The notes under the pieces were generated by a model that saw only the letters and a list, made by a program, of their open reading frames with translations, was not told the origin of the DNA and made no database searches. Below are positions 34,520-47,540 of a stretch of 64,000 nucleotides of DNA, piece after piece. Where the stretch lies: contig NC_134028.1 in NCBI RefSeq assembly GCF_964204645.1, positions 11,951,263 to 12,015,262 on the forward strand, in the 5' to 3' direction. The translations under genes were made by a program, and so were the position numbers. Every line of letters begins with the position of its first letter. Position 1 is the first letter of the stretch. The stretch comes from Tubulanus polymorphus. Its lineage: Eukaryota > Animalia > Nemertea.

Positions 34520-37025
34520 GTAGTTTGGTGTAGGAAATACATGTATAATGATAATAAGGAATAATGAATGTTATGTTGATGTATTGGCGAATTTGGAGCA
34601 ATTGTAACAGTTTGAGTTGCCGCAGATCACGTTTGTATTGTATTTAGAGGTGAGATACGATTTTAGATGGTGTTTAAGTGTATGTTTGTTCATGAGCAGT
34701 GCTTGTGTTGGTAAGGGAAGGTTTTGCCAGATTGAGAGAATTTTGGAGAACGATTTAGTGCTTGGTAATTGATTTATGAGTAGACAATGTGTGATCATGT
34801 TGAATGTTTTTGTAGGTGTTTATAGTGGGAGAAATGTTTTCAATGGTAAAAATGTTGTTGAAATGATGTGGTGATGATAGTTTTGGTGGATAAATAGGGT
34901 GGCTTTTTAATAAGATTAATTTAATAAGAATTAGAATAAAGGTAGCTACTAGACATTTCAACATTAGTATCTAAACAGAAAGTATGAGTATTACCACTTA
35001 GTAATTGGCATTGGTAACTGGCATTGGAACATAAAAAATTTAGTTGAGGCTGCACGGTTGCAGTAACTACATAAAGGGTTGTCGACATTGCGGAAGTTGT
35101 GATTGAACAGATGCGACTTGAGCAAGAGATTAAGGCCTATTAAGGCGGATTTCCTTTTCGCGACTGACATTACCGAAGCGGTGTGATGGAACCGTATGAG
35201 AGTTGAATTTCTTTACTGTAGATTTGAAGACCGAAAATGAAGGGATACTTTTGACGTTTGGTTCGGTTTCGTTCCATGCGTACATTAATTTAAACAGCAG
35301 ACTTTTTTGTACTTTAGCCGAATTGAACACCGGTATGGTAAATGGATGCGGATTTCGAATAAACCCGGGTTGAATTGACTTATAGCATTCAAAGATTGAT
35401 GTTACGTAGGACGGGGCGGTACCGTAGCGACACGGTACATAAATTGCTCCACTCTACGCGTTTCCAGTTTTTTCCAGTTCAAGCAGGTAACAACTTTTTG
35501 CTTGTTAGATCCGTGGATGCAGCCGGAGACTATGATAGCGGCGTTATATTGGATGCGGTCCAAGCTAACGAGTTCAGCAGCACCGCCGCTATTATAAAGC
35601 ATGTCACCATAGTCGAAGTGCGGACTTATAAACGACAAGTACATTCTATTTAGATGACATGATGTGAGAAGTTTGGATAGCGGTTTTAAAGGATTAATAA
35701 GTTTTTGAATTTTACCGCCCAGATGTTCAACATGTTGGTTGTATGACAAGTTTTCATCGAGGATGAAACCGAGATGTTTATGATGACGCTTTCTGGGGAT
35801 GTTTTCATGGCCTAGCGTAAGGGGGATGTAGATTTGAGTACCTTTTTTGCAGAAGGTTATATTGGCACTCTTAGATGGTTTAAATGAAAGACACCAAGTA
35901 GTAGACCACTGGTTGATTCTGTCAAGATCAGACTGGATGATACGATTGCCATTATCCGGATTGGTGCGATCAAGTGGGGTATGGATAGATGTATCATCGG
36001 CATATAGAAATACAGACGACTCCAAAATGTCTGGCGGATCATTAATATAAAGAAGAAAAAGAAGTGGTCCTAACAAAGATCCCTGAGGCATGCCAGTATT
36101 AATATAGCCCTCGGCTGAGTAGTCCGATAACGTTTATTCTACTTTAGTTCATATACGTCGATTAAATAAATAACTGCTAATTAAGTCTAGAGTTTTACCA
36201 GTTATTCCATAAGCATGGAGCTTTTTTATTAGTAAATAATGCGGCAGGCTGTCAAAAGCAGCAGAAATGTTGTGGTTGTTTTCGTTGAATTGTTTATAAA
36301 TATAGGAAGTAATAACAACCAGTTGATTGGTAGTTGAATGACCTTAAAGAAATCCCACTTGGTTTGGATGCATTAAATTGTTGGTTAAAAGGTGACTGTA
36401 TAGTTGATCTTACACACAACGCGTTCAAAAAATTTCAGAAATAGACGTAAGGAGAGAAATGAGTCTGTAATTGTTCGGATCGGATTTACACTCCTTCTTG
36501 TAGATTAAGGTAACAGTACCGAGATTCCAACTATACGTAAAAACACTGTCATAAAGAATCTTGTTGAACAGTAAAGAGAGTACCGATAAAGAGTACAGAG
36601 TACAAATAATTTTATCACCTTAAGCTTTTACACCGTGACGTCGCGAGTCAAAGTCGATCGAGATCGCACAATGATCGGATAGTTCAATTGGTGCTATAAC
36701 ATCATGGTGAGTAATGTGGTCGGGCGAATCTGTCACTAGGAGATCAATGCATGATTAGCTGTTCGTCGATAAGTTGAAAAAGGTTTAGTTGATCTAAACT
36801 GCGTTTCAATTTGCGCCCAGGTGTATCCGTAGAGTCGGTTTTGTAGAAGAGCCTGTTTTTGCTGTTGAAATCACCAATAATTATGAGGGAGTCATTGACA
36901 TTTGGAGGTTTTGCGCTGATGAAAACCTACTCTTTAAGTCAGCTAGGTATTTTTTACAAGTTCTGCATCTTGAGACAGTGATTTGTAGCAGACGCCGATC
37001 ACGATGTTGCTGTGCACGCAGCACA
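34520..37025 (-). pseudogene. CR1-group LINE ORF2 remnants (endonuclease, RT, C-terminal Cys motif); probably two copies end to end
   Basis: LIIIGDFNS (APE endonuclease), PQGSLLGPLLFLLYIND, FLYADDT, KHLGFILD, FDYGD in ORF 35402-36091. A second 3' end with CGNSNCYNC at ~34600. Confidence 0.85.
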
Positions 37026-38045
37026 ATTTCATTTACCCATATTATTTACTTTTTAAACTTTTCATTGTTATTCCGTTTACAAGGAGAACCAAAATCTGAG
37101 GATTGGAAGGATAACCACCTCAAGCATTCTTAATAAACAGACAGTATGTTCAAAATGTAGCATTTAATTTAGCAATATCGATCTTTTCCCAGGAGTGAAT
37201 CTACTTAGTATTATGGAAAAGGTATCAGGCAGGTGCTGCCACTATCAGGTGATGAAAGGTTGAGTAGTGGGTTTTCCCCAAGGGTGAAAATATCTATTTA
37301 TAAGGTCAGGAAAATGATCGTTTAAAAATAAGTACACAAAATTATTTCATATTTAATTTTGATTTTGCCTTCCGACCGGCAGTAGAAGTAAACAAACCCG
37401 TACTCCCGTTTTTGAAAGTTCATAGTTCTATAGCCGTATTTTCATAAAGGAAGATAAAACAAATCCGTATTGTGAAAAGAACCGATGAAAAACTGTTGTT
37501 TTTATGGAGCATCTGTACTTATGTATTTAGCTATTAAAATCTGTAGCAAATAGGGAAACCCCATAGGGATAAGCAGGTCTGAGTAGGATACGCGGAATAA
37601 TTTTGAAAGTCATCAAGAATCAAGGTCAAGCATCGATAAGTAGGAAACGGAAAAAAGTTGAACTTGCACATTTCCCCAAGAACTTCCAAACACCTTAGAG
37701 CTGAAGGACACAACATTCCATATTAATTTTAACACGTATTTCACTCATAATGATAAAATTTAAGCTGTGTATATCCAGTGGTTACAATTTGTGCCACCAA
37801 AAACTTACAGAAGGTTACTCTCAGAAACATCCTATAAGGATCAATAAGGATGTGAGGGTAGATATACATACATACATACATACATACATACACATAATAT
37901 CAATGCATCAAAGTGAATCAAAAACAGTCTTTTGAAGAAAACTAGATTCTGTCTAGGTGGACTGATGGATAAAAGAGGTTACTTTAGTGAAAATAATCAA
38001 TATAGTCTCAATACGCTATAAAATGGATGCTACTTTTTTGCTTAC

Positions 38046-38185
38046 CACATTTGGAAGTATTGGAGCGAGCCACATGTGTGAGCCATCAATGGTTTCATTG
38101 AACCCATCAATTAATTTATCAGGGGTGCGTACATCATTACATTCTTCTTCTAAAACATTGATGCTATCTGGAAAGGCTGATATAT
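38046..38185 (-). CDS. KATNIP: KATNIP coding exon
   Basis: (N)ISAFPDSINVLEEECNDVRTPDKLIDGFNETIDGSHMWLAPILPNV. Acceptor tttttacag, donor GTAAG, 140 nt. Confidence 0.94.
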
Positions 38186-38499
38186 CTGTAAAAAAAAAAC
38201 TGAAGATATTTCATAAATTGTGGCAGGGCAAACAAACTCTTTGACCACTGGAGTTGCGGCAACAACGACTGTTTAGGTAAATAACGGTTTTACTATGTGG
38301 TTTGGTGTTTTACAACCTACTGATTGAAATGCTGACGCTTTTTCTGGGACACACTGCAATCAGCCAATTTAATAGGAAGGGCAGTACATACAGCGCATCC
38401 AACCATTCAGATTGATTGACATAATTCGTAAATGATGTGTTTTGTAGCAATTGGTTTTCTAATTCGAATTGAGATGAATACCATTCTCAATGTACTCAC

Positions 38500-38610
38500 T
38501 TTTATTCTCAATTCCGATTTTCTCTCCATGTTCATCGAAGAATTCTAAACCATTTAGTCCAATATAGTAGGGGTCACCCCATGAAGAAATTAAGTGAAAT
38601 TGATAGATAA
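38500..38610 (-). CDS. KATNIP: KATNIP coding exon
   Basis: (F)IYQFHLISSWGDPYYIGLNGLEFFDEHGEKIGIENK (human FIFQFQLLTSWGDPYYIGLTGLELYDERGEKI). Donor GTGAGT, 111 nt. Confidence 0.93.
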
Positions 38611-38951
38611 CTTAACAAAATCAAGGATTCATATGACATTATATTTTTGAAATTTTCAACCAGATTTTCAAATTATTGTAACTGGTCTGCTACCCTTTGT
38701 ACACTTCCCAGTGCAACATATGAACCATTTATATTTTTGTTGCTTCATTCGAAATCCGGTAAAAGGAGGGATGGTAGTGTCCTTCTTGTTTTAGTGTTCG
38801 ACAACTCAGTCGGTTGTGTATATAATCCGTGTAAATTGGTAGTAATGACATGGAAGAATAAGAGACTGTTGTCTGTAGCTGTATGACGTAGAAGAATAAA
38901 AGACTGTAATAATGATGACACATAAAATATAACATGATTACAAAAGGATAC
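38611..38951 (-). other. U12-type (minor spliceosome) GT-AG intron of KATNIP
   Basis: 5' splice site GTATCCTTTT (U12 consensus RTATCCTTT). Branch-point-like TCCTTGA ends 10 nt before the intron 3' end. No long polypyrimidine tract. Confidence 0.85.
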
Positions 38952-39010
38952 ATCCACGTGGAACAGGAATGCAGTCATAATCAGCTGTCTTCTTAACAAT
39001 AGTATTCAAC
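38952..39010 (-). CDS. KATNIP: KATNIP coding exon (59 nt), followed by a U12-type intron
   Basis: (R)LNTIVKKTADYDCIPVPRG(F) resembles human MDYEAPLMPCGF. Phase 2 to 1 bridges the flanking exons exactly. Acceptor ttttag, donor GTATCCTTTT. Confidence 0.88.
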
Positions 39011-39633
39011 CTAAAAATAGTCTTCTAGTAATAGATCATACTTTATTTTGAAGATGCCTGTATAGATGTAATTGCCGGTGGTAATCTAAGTATTTTTATA
39101 TGCTGAGATGGTGTCAGACGGTAAGAAGTAAGAAACGAGCAATGTTGGCTGAATTCAAATATACAGTACAGATGATAGAATTTAAATCAACTATATACAA
39201 AAAAGACCACCTCTTAAGTGTCTGACAATGAAATTGCCCGACAAGGGAAGAATATCATGTTCATGTAGCAAATCAAGTTTACTCATTCAGAAGTGACCTA
39301 GAAAAAAGGATATGACCTTTCCTGCAAGTTTTATGTGTCTTAATCACAACCAAGCAGAGGGAAAGATCAGTCTTTTCTTTCTTATTTGAAAATATTGAAT
39401 TCCCAGTTTGGCTTAGGGTACAAATAACTTACAATGCCACTGTCAGTCACCTTGGACAATACATTCATTCATACAAGATGTCATTGCTTGATATGAATTG
39501 AATTCGGTCATAGGGCACAATCCACATTTTTGGAATCGAAGGTGGCCCAGTCAGCCATCTTAAAGGGTAAATGACACTTATTTTTTATTTCAAAATATGA
39601 TGTATTCTATTGACCTATACACTCATTTTCAAT

Positions 39634-42600
39634 CGCACCATACTGGTGCGCCACCTGGGATCTTTTGATCTATTGTTCCTTCTTCTTGTACTGTCCGTCA
39701 TGGAATAAAGAGGTATTGTCTAGTAACTTTGATCTTTTGTGTAGTTATTTCGTGGGTTCACAGGAATCTCTTTTGTCCTACCAAACTGAGGATACCCGAA
39801 ATCATTACATTGGTAGCAGCGTACTTGGATTTTTAGCGTACTCACGAAAATGCATATCCTGAAATCCCATATAAGGTACAGGATGAACTGGCACCTGACC
39901 ATTTATGAATGCGGTATCGCTAAGCCTGGGCAGTCGAGAGAAACTATTCGTGCACCGACCTAAAACGCTGGCCGACGCTGTCAGCCAAGCGCGATCACTC
40001 GACACCGCACGAAAACTAATAGAGCGTCATCAGGAGAAGAGAGTTTCAGAGGTCAGCGTCAATGCGTTAGCCCAACATTCAGATGGACAAACTTATGTCT
40101 ATGGTCTAGGAAATTTCTGGGAGACTCAGACTTGGAAACTCAGCATCAATCCTCCCCAGTCCCGGTTATCTACACATGTTGGTGCTGTAGAGTACCTGAC
40201 CACCCTGTAAACAGGTGTCCGCAGGTCCGGCGTTTAACTGTGGGCAAGCCTGTCGCTATTCTCGAGCATGTTGCCAACAACCGAGACAACATGGAAACGC
40301 CAACCAGGGTTCCCAGAGGGGGCGGGGGACCCCAAGAATGTAATTAGAGCCCCTGATAAGTATACAGTTCCACAAAGACGCAAAGTCATCAGTCAACAAC
40401 TTGATGGAGGATACCAATCAAAAAGTCAGTGACGAGGTAAATCTGAGGACCCCGAAAAAGGTTCGACAACTTAACACACTGGATGGAGGGTTATTCTGCA
40501 CAGCACAGGTAAACTGTACAGATCGAATCTTGGTCCTGCTTGACACGGGTGCAGCAGTAACCATGCTGAAAAGATCCATGCAGAAGGCCAGTAGACCTTC
40601 TTGTAGTGACCTCTCTAGCCTAAGACCTGTCGCATATTCTCTTGCCACCGCCAGTGGACAAGATACAATGTCCAGGGAGAAGCCACTGTCTCCAAGTAAA
40701 ATTAGGAGACATGCTCTTTGAACTGCCAATGATAATTGCAGACGAATTAACCCAGGATTGTTTGCTCAGCAGTGACTTCTTCAGCAAATACGGGTGCAAG
40801 GTAGAATATGTGACGAGAGAGCTACATCTTGGGTCTACGAGTGTTCCTCTTAAACAATCTTCGTGTAGTTGTTACCGGATTTTTGCTCGTAAAAATGTCT
40901 GTATTCCCGCTAGCACAGAGCTCTTTCTCCCTGGTTATGTTAAGGCAAAAAACAAATATATCTTGGGCTCCTCAGGTATGGTTAGCCATGTGAAAGGTGC
41001 AGCAGTGTTAACGGCGAGACAGATTTTGGTACCACAATCACACCACATCGAAGTTACAGTTGCCAATTTCAGTGACGAACCACTCCTCATCCATCGAGGC
41101 AAACAGATTCGACTGTTCCATCAATTCGACAGTCAATGACGCTTCATGAGGGTAATCAGGTTAGCGAGCGCACCATTGACACCGGTTCAAGCCGACCGAT
41201 TAAACAACCACCAAGTAGGGTACCGCCACACCGACAGTCGTTAGAACATGGCCTCATTCGAAAATCGAGTGGAGCATGGTCAAGCCCCATCGTGATGGCT
41301 TAGAAAGCGGATGGTAGCCTTCGGCTATGTGTTGGCTATAGGTGGCTAAATGATGTCACGACCAAAGATGCCCGACCACTCCCAAGAGTTGATGCCACGC
41401 TTGAGTCCCTCTCTCGTGCTACGTGGTTCTCATCAATGGATATGGCGAGTGGCTACTGGTAGGTGCCTTTACGTGAAGAGGACAAGCCAAAAACTGCCTT
41501 CATGTTGGAGCGAAGAATATTCGAGTGGAATGTAATGCCATTTGGGCTTACGAATGATCCTGCCACATGTTCGAGGCTCATGTCGCTGGTTCTAGACAAG
41601 GTTGCTTGGAAAACATGTTTACTGTATCTCGATGATGTTATTGTTTTCAGTCCCCACCTGGAAAGTCAGCTGGGACGTCTAAAGGAAGTGTTCGCCTGTT
41701 TCGCTGCAAACTTGCAGTTGAAGCCATTGGACTCCAGACAGATCCACAGAAATGTGTACATGTCAGGGATATGCCGAAACCTTGTAATGTAACTGAGCTC
41801 AGCAGCTTCATCGGATTAGTTACTACTCACAGTTCATCAAGGGTATTCTAATATCGTGGTGCCACTGTACCAACTTAAGAAGAAAGGTGTCACTTATAAC
41901 TGGACCACTGAGCATCAGATGGCCTTTGACAGTTTGAAACAAAGTCTGATGAACCCGTCTACCCTCAGTTTTCCTGATTTCAGCGAGACGGCAAGTTCTT
42001 TCATCCTTGACATAAGTGATTTTGCGATAGGTGGCGTTCTCTCTCAAGCGCATAAGGATGGTATTGAGCGGGTAATCGCTTATGCTGGTCGCTCTTTGAA
42101 AAGGTGGGGAGAAGAATTACTGAGCTACTCGCAGGGAAATGCTGGCACTAGTTGAAATGATTCAACACGTGCACTACCTGCTTGGCAAGGAATTTCTCTT
42201 GAGAACAAACCATGTGGCCTTAAAATGGTACATAATTTTAAGGAACAAGAAGGCCAAATCGCTCGATGGAACGAACGACTGGCGGGATATGACTTCGAAA
42301 TCCAACACAGACCAGGAAAACTTCATGGAAACCTATGATAATGCAAGCATGGTAACCGTCCTACATGTGGCGCCACTGATGTGAAGAAGAGTCAAGATCC
42401 AATCATCGGAAGTGTGACGCAACAACTCTCCATTTCAAGGGATACCTAGTCATGGCTCAACAGTCTGGTCGAAATAGCTATTTTACATCAAAGGCTAGAG
42501 AAAGGACAGGCAAAGCTGACAGCTCAGGAGTCAAAACAGTACGGTCGACTTGCTAGGAGCCTAGTGGCAGTGTTTGAGAGATTAGGACTTATAGATGGTA

Positions 42601-44611
42601 TACTGTTTCTCAAACCAGTCCCAGGAACCAGCGAAACCGTGTAGTACTCCCTCGCTCCCTGATGAACCAGGTTTTGTACCAACTACATAATGGGCTCCAG
42701 GGAAAACACCATGTTGGTACATGACAGGTGACGACAAGGTGTGGCTTTGTAATCACTACGTCAAACCAGATGAAGCACCTAAGTTTTGAAAGAAGTGGTT
42801 GGGACCATGCAATAACAAAGGTGAACTACCGTGTGTCCTCACTGTATGGCAAGAAGAGACTTAAAGTGGTTCACTTTAATGACATGAAGCCATACTATGA
42901 GCGTCCGGTGGAACCCTCTGAGCCATTACCGAATGAGCCAATCTTGGACCCAAAATCAAGCCCTCCAATACTAGTGAGTGAATATGATGTGGAGTCCGAG
43001 ACCAGCATAAATGTGCAGCTGCACCACGAATAGAGAAAGCCTCAGGAAGAGTTGAAAAACACTGCACTATACGAAAGTGAGGGTGCATAGGATGTTGCCT
43101 CTTCTGAGGATAGTGGTTCGGGGAGGATAAGCTGGTGGAGTACGAGCTGTCTTCTAGTGGACAGGCTGACCTTGAAATCATAGGCCTACAGTCCATGACT
43201 GACAGTGAAACAGACACACATAAATCGGATGACTCGTGCGTAGATGACATTTCCCGCACTGATGACGCCATCCAAGGTTTTGAGGTTGACAGCCCTGAGC
43301 CGACCAGACAACTTAAGTCGAGACTGAACATTCGAGGACCAATCTGGCAGAAAGACTATGCCCAGGCTCTTGCTAATTGTAAGCTAATGTGGCCTGGCCT
43401 GGCCTGGCAGTAAGGGTCAAATCTTAGAAGAATCTTAGAAACGTCCGCTACCTGCTCTGCTCTTGATAATGTAGAACTTAAAGTAGTACACTACTTATCC
43501 ATGAATTTTGGTGCAGGGTCCAATGGAAGTCTTACAGCTCGACAACATCGAAGAGATTTGGTCACCCAGATGGCAAAATATCTGGTTGACAGTCCTCTAT
43601 GGAAAGAATGTGGCACGTCTGAAAACAGTGGAACTCATGGATCATTGCAATGCCTTCTTCGTGCAACCTGGCCCAGAGGTTACAGGCACTACAATATTGC
43701 GATCAAGCTGTTTTCCCTGAGAGCCAAGTAGAAGTCTGCTGCTGAAGACCCCATGACTGCAACGATTGGAGAAAACCGAGCCGTGGTCGAGGCTGCTGGA
43801 GGGAATGTTCGAGACATTGAGGAACATTGGTGTGGAGTTCAAGGCAAGTTCAGATCCAAAAGTAGCCCCAGAATCCTACTTGTTTCAGACTCTATGTTTT
43901 CACGAGCCAAAGTCTCACCCCAACTTTTCCCGATCGCTCACTCCGGTGAGCATGTTATAAGTAGCCTGAACTCAATTTGGTACTTCAAGTAGTTTTCCTT
44001 ATTGGGCGGTATAATCATAATCTAACCACATCCCCTACAACCCTGTAGGGAATTAACTAAAGCTCAGCTGTTTTTGTTTCATTTTCTGCTGGCTGTCCTT
44101 TTATTTTTCAGGTCAATCGCTCAACACGTGTGCGTCAAATACCAACCAGGACAACCGACTTGACCATCAAATCCATCTGCTGGACTACGCTGGGGCATCA
44201 GACTTATTTTCTACCTAAAGTGGTTTGGATTTTAGTGCGGGCACAAATCGTCCCCAAATCTGCTACTTGTACATAAGTGTATATAGGACTGTGAAATGGA
44301 ATTGCGCATATGAACAATAAGCTTTAAGGGGATTTTGTATTTTGTTTATAATGGTTTGACCCGATCAAACCAATGTTTTTAAGGGGGGAGTGATGTGACG
44401 GCCGGAGCCATCCTATTATTATCATTGTAGGCGCACCGTACTGGTGCGCCACCTTGGATCTTTTGATCTATTGTTCCTTCTTCTTGTAGTGTCCGGAATA
44501 AAGAGGTATTGTTTAGTAGCTCTGATCTTTTGTGTAGTTATTTCGTGGGTTCACAGGAATCTTCGGGCCCTCTTTCGTCCTACCAAACTGAGGACACCCC
44601 AAATCATTACA
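39634..44611 (+). mobile_element. Gypsy LTR retrotransposon, near full length but degraded
   Basis: 5' LTR (5'-truncated) 39634-39809, PBS TGGTAGCAGCG, gag with CCHC knuckle CWCCRVPDHPVNRCP, protease LLDTGAA, RT MPFGL..LYLDDV, RNase H, mostly deleted integrase, PPT AAGGGGGGAG, 3' LTR TGTGACG...ATTACA 44394-44611. Confidence 0.93.
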
Positions 44612-46161
44612 CGTTCTGGTCTGATCGGCTAAACCAGCAGGTGCATGCTGCAACGTCATTAAGGGGACAGCTGAGAAATAGCGACTATAGAAATGCATTG
44701 AATTTTGAGGAAACTGCATGTATATTCTTTTATATCTTAATACCAGATCGTTTTACAGCTTTGAAACTGGCCAGGGAGGTAGAAGGATCTATTGTCTGTT
44801 GCATAAACATATTTCAAAGAATCAAAGAGTTATTGGAATAGGTTAAAGCGATCAAACTGAAGATGCAGATTTCAATCCGCTGCTATAAAGCTATTAAAAG
44901 TACACTATGCTATGCTCTCAGCACTGGTTCTGCTGCTCCATAGTTCACCTATAATTCAGCACCACAAGCATACTATAAAGTGAGTGTCTTATAAACACTC
45001 ACAGATTTTGATCTCACTAAAGAATAGATAAATTCATACTCATTTAATATGTAGTCATTTAAGTAGTTTGAAAACTACAAAAACTTTCAATAGATTTCTA
45101 CAGCCTTTACAACAAATTTGCAAAGGAATAATGTTTTAGTCTCACGCTGCGGAAGAGTTTTGATAGATTACATCACAAATCTTTCACAAACATTATCTTT
45201 AAGTTATAGAATAGGATGGATGAGGAAATATTCTTACTTCGTGACCAAAAGCCGCTACAAATACGAGGTGTATTTCAAGCAAAGAATTGAAATTATTCCT
45301 GTGGCTAATTCTCTCTAAGATTCATCAGTCAATATATCCTTAATATTAGATCTAACCATGATCTTATTTACTATCACTAAATGATAATCCAAAACGATGA
45401 TTTATACATCCGTGTTCCTTGCTGTCTACTAGAAAATGCCATGGATTGCTATTCAAATCCTATCTTTTGCGCTTAATTTGAACAGATGTGGTCTGTCCAA
45501 CAGCTGATTATAATCATTGATATGTAGACTTTCAAAATCAAGAGGCATTTTGTCTGAATTCAAATGCCAAATAGGTATAAAATTAAGTTGAATTGCTCTT
45601 GTAGCTTATTTCCTATTCATTTCTATAGACATCATTTCCGAGCCGTCTCTTTAGTGACGTAGTTCTATTAATAGACACAGTACAACGCATTCAGCAGAAG
45701 CGATGTATACACTGAACAGTTGTGCTAACATCAAAATAATCAATTCTAACTAGATTGAAAAGATTTTTCCACTTTTGAAATCACCTAGCCTTATTGTATA
45801 CTATTTTCTATCGTTTAGTGTATAAAGTAGAAAATCTTTAAAAAAGTGTCAGTTACCCTCTAATTATGTTATGATAGATTTGATAATAGATAATGTCATT
45901 TAACATCTTTATATGAAACATCAATGCTGTCCATGAAATACATTTAAGTTATAGGGCATCTTATATATTTTAGGAATCAAGATGGCCACTGGTCAGTCAT
46001 CTTGAATACTATTTCCTTCCAATTAAAAAGATTCATCTTCATGCCACCACACTTTATCCATTAAATGTGCAGATTTTAACCCAACGTCCTTATTACTTAA
46101 GGTGGACCAGAGCATCCGGAACCATAATAGTTTTTCTTATATAGCATATTGGATTCCTTAC

Positions 46162-46346
46162 CTTGTGGAAGGTTGATTTTCATTTGCCTGCTTCCTATAA
46201 CTAGTGATAGTAGAAGCTTGACAATTTTGACTGAAATTAACTTCTTGAGCAAAGTCAAAGTAGGAACTTCCAGGAGCTTTCCGTATCAGAAAACCATCTT
46301 TTGGAGACACTTCCTTTCCATCCAGGAAGATACGCATCAATTTTGC
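46162..46346 (-). CDS. KATNIP: KATNIP coding exon
   Basis: AKLMRIFLDGKEVSPKDGFLIRKAPGSSYFDFAQEVNF... (human AKIVHVSLDGLCVSPPEGFLIRKGPGNCHFDFAQEILF). AG and GTAAG boundaries, 185 nt, phase 0 to 2. Confidence 0.93.
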
Positions 46347-47029
46347 CTAAAATACATGAAAAGTTATTAACAAGTTGACTTAGCTAAGTTTACTGTTGAT
46401 TGCCGATATAATGGATATGATATGGTAGTTTTACATATAAAATAAACCTGTAATATTGACTAAAAACAACCAAGAAATTGCCCATGGGCAAAATGGTTTA
46501 ATTTGATGTTGCATTTTATGTTATCCACAAATTATTTCGTAGTCAAATAAGGCAAAAAAATATACGTTTGCTAATGGTTTATGTCCAAAATCTGGAGGGT
46601 ACGCAGATAGGGATGAAATGATTATTGTGAAAAAAAAAATGATTTTTTTCAAAATTGTAGTGGGTCGCTGAATATTGTCTTGGCAACCTCTTCTAATGTA
46701 GCCGACCCCACACGCCCATCAATTATGCCCTCTACATTGGCCCTCAAATCTGAGGGGGGGTGTCCGGACCTCTCCCCTTGAAAATCTTCAAAAATTCAAC
46801 CCGTTATCACAATGAATTAAATTTGCAATATATTGGCTGGGTGATGATTTATTTTCAAGTAAAATTTTTACATGATCATTGAATAAGAAAGTACACTAAA
46901 AATGTGATAGTATTAAATGAAGGACTGCTTTGAAGGAACAGTCAGCTTATATAAGAAAGCAGCCCTAGAAAAGAGAGGAAAAAATATACATCAGATGAAA
47001 ATAAAGAGAAGAAAAACGACATAATACGG

Positions 47030-47455
47030 ATGTATACTGCGTATCGTAATATCACATTATGTAAGATAAAATCCCACTATTTACAGATTAAAAGAATTTA
47101 AAAACCAGAATTTAAAAACCGGCAAGTGGCGTAGCCAATCACGTTTGGAACACTGGTCATCGTTTTAATTTTGATAAAGCCGAAATTATTTATACTTCCA
47201 GCAATTACACTAAACGCCACATAGTTGAGTCTGCCTAATTACTCGTCACTCAGATATCAGTACCATTTTAAATAATGGCTCTTCTCCGCATAATTCCCTT
47301 CTTTCTAAGTATATTACTTCATGCCTTGCCAAACACTAATTATTTACTCACTCACCAATTTACTCAATTAACCTGTTCTCCTCTGTATATATACCCCTGT
47401 TTTTCACCTATATCTCACACCTGACGATGATCTCTAGGGTAGATCGAAACGTCGT
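47030..47455 (+). mobile_element. Penelope-like element 3' fragment (GIY-YIG C-terminus plus hammerhead motif)
   Basis: SGVANHVWNTGHRFNFDKAEIIY...KRHIVESA...NNGSSPHNSLLSKYI, homologous to the C-terminus of ORF 55513-56349. Confidence 0.8.
47417..47455 (+). ncRNA. Minimal hammerhead ribozyme motif
   Basis: CTGACGA - t-gatct/ctagggt/agatc helix II - GAAAC-GTC, with a GUC cleavage triplet. Confidence 0.65.
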
Positions 47456-47458
47456 TCA

Positions 47459-47460
47459 CA

Positions 47461-47540
<80 letters not shown>
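47459..47540. repeat. (GCAC)n followed by (AC)n microsatellite
   Basis: Directly visible. Confidence 0.97.
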
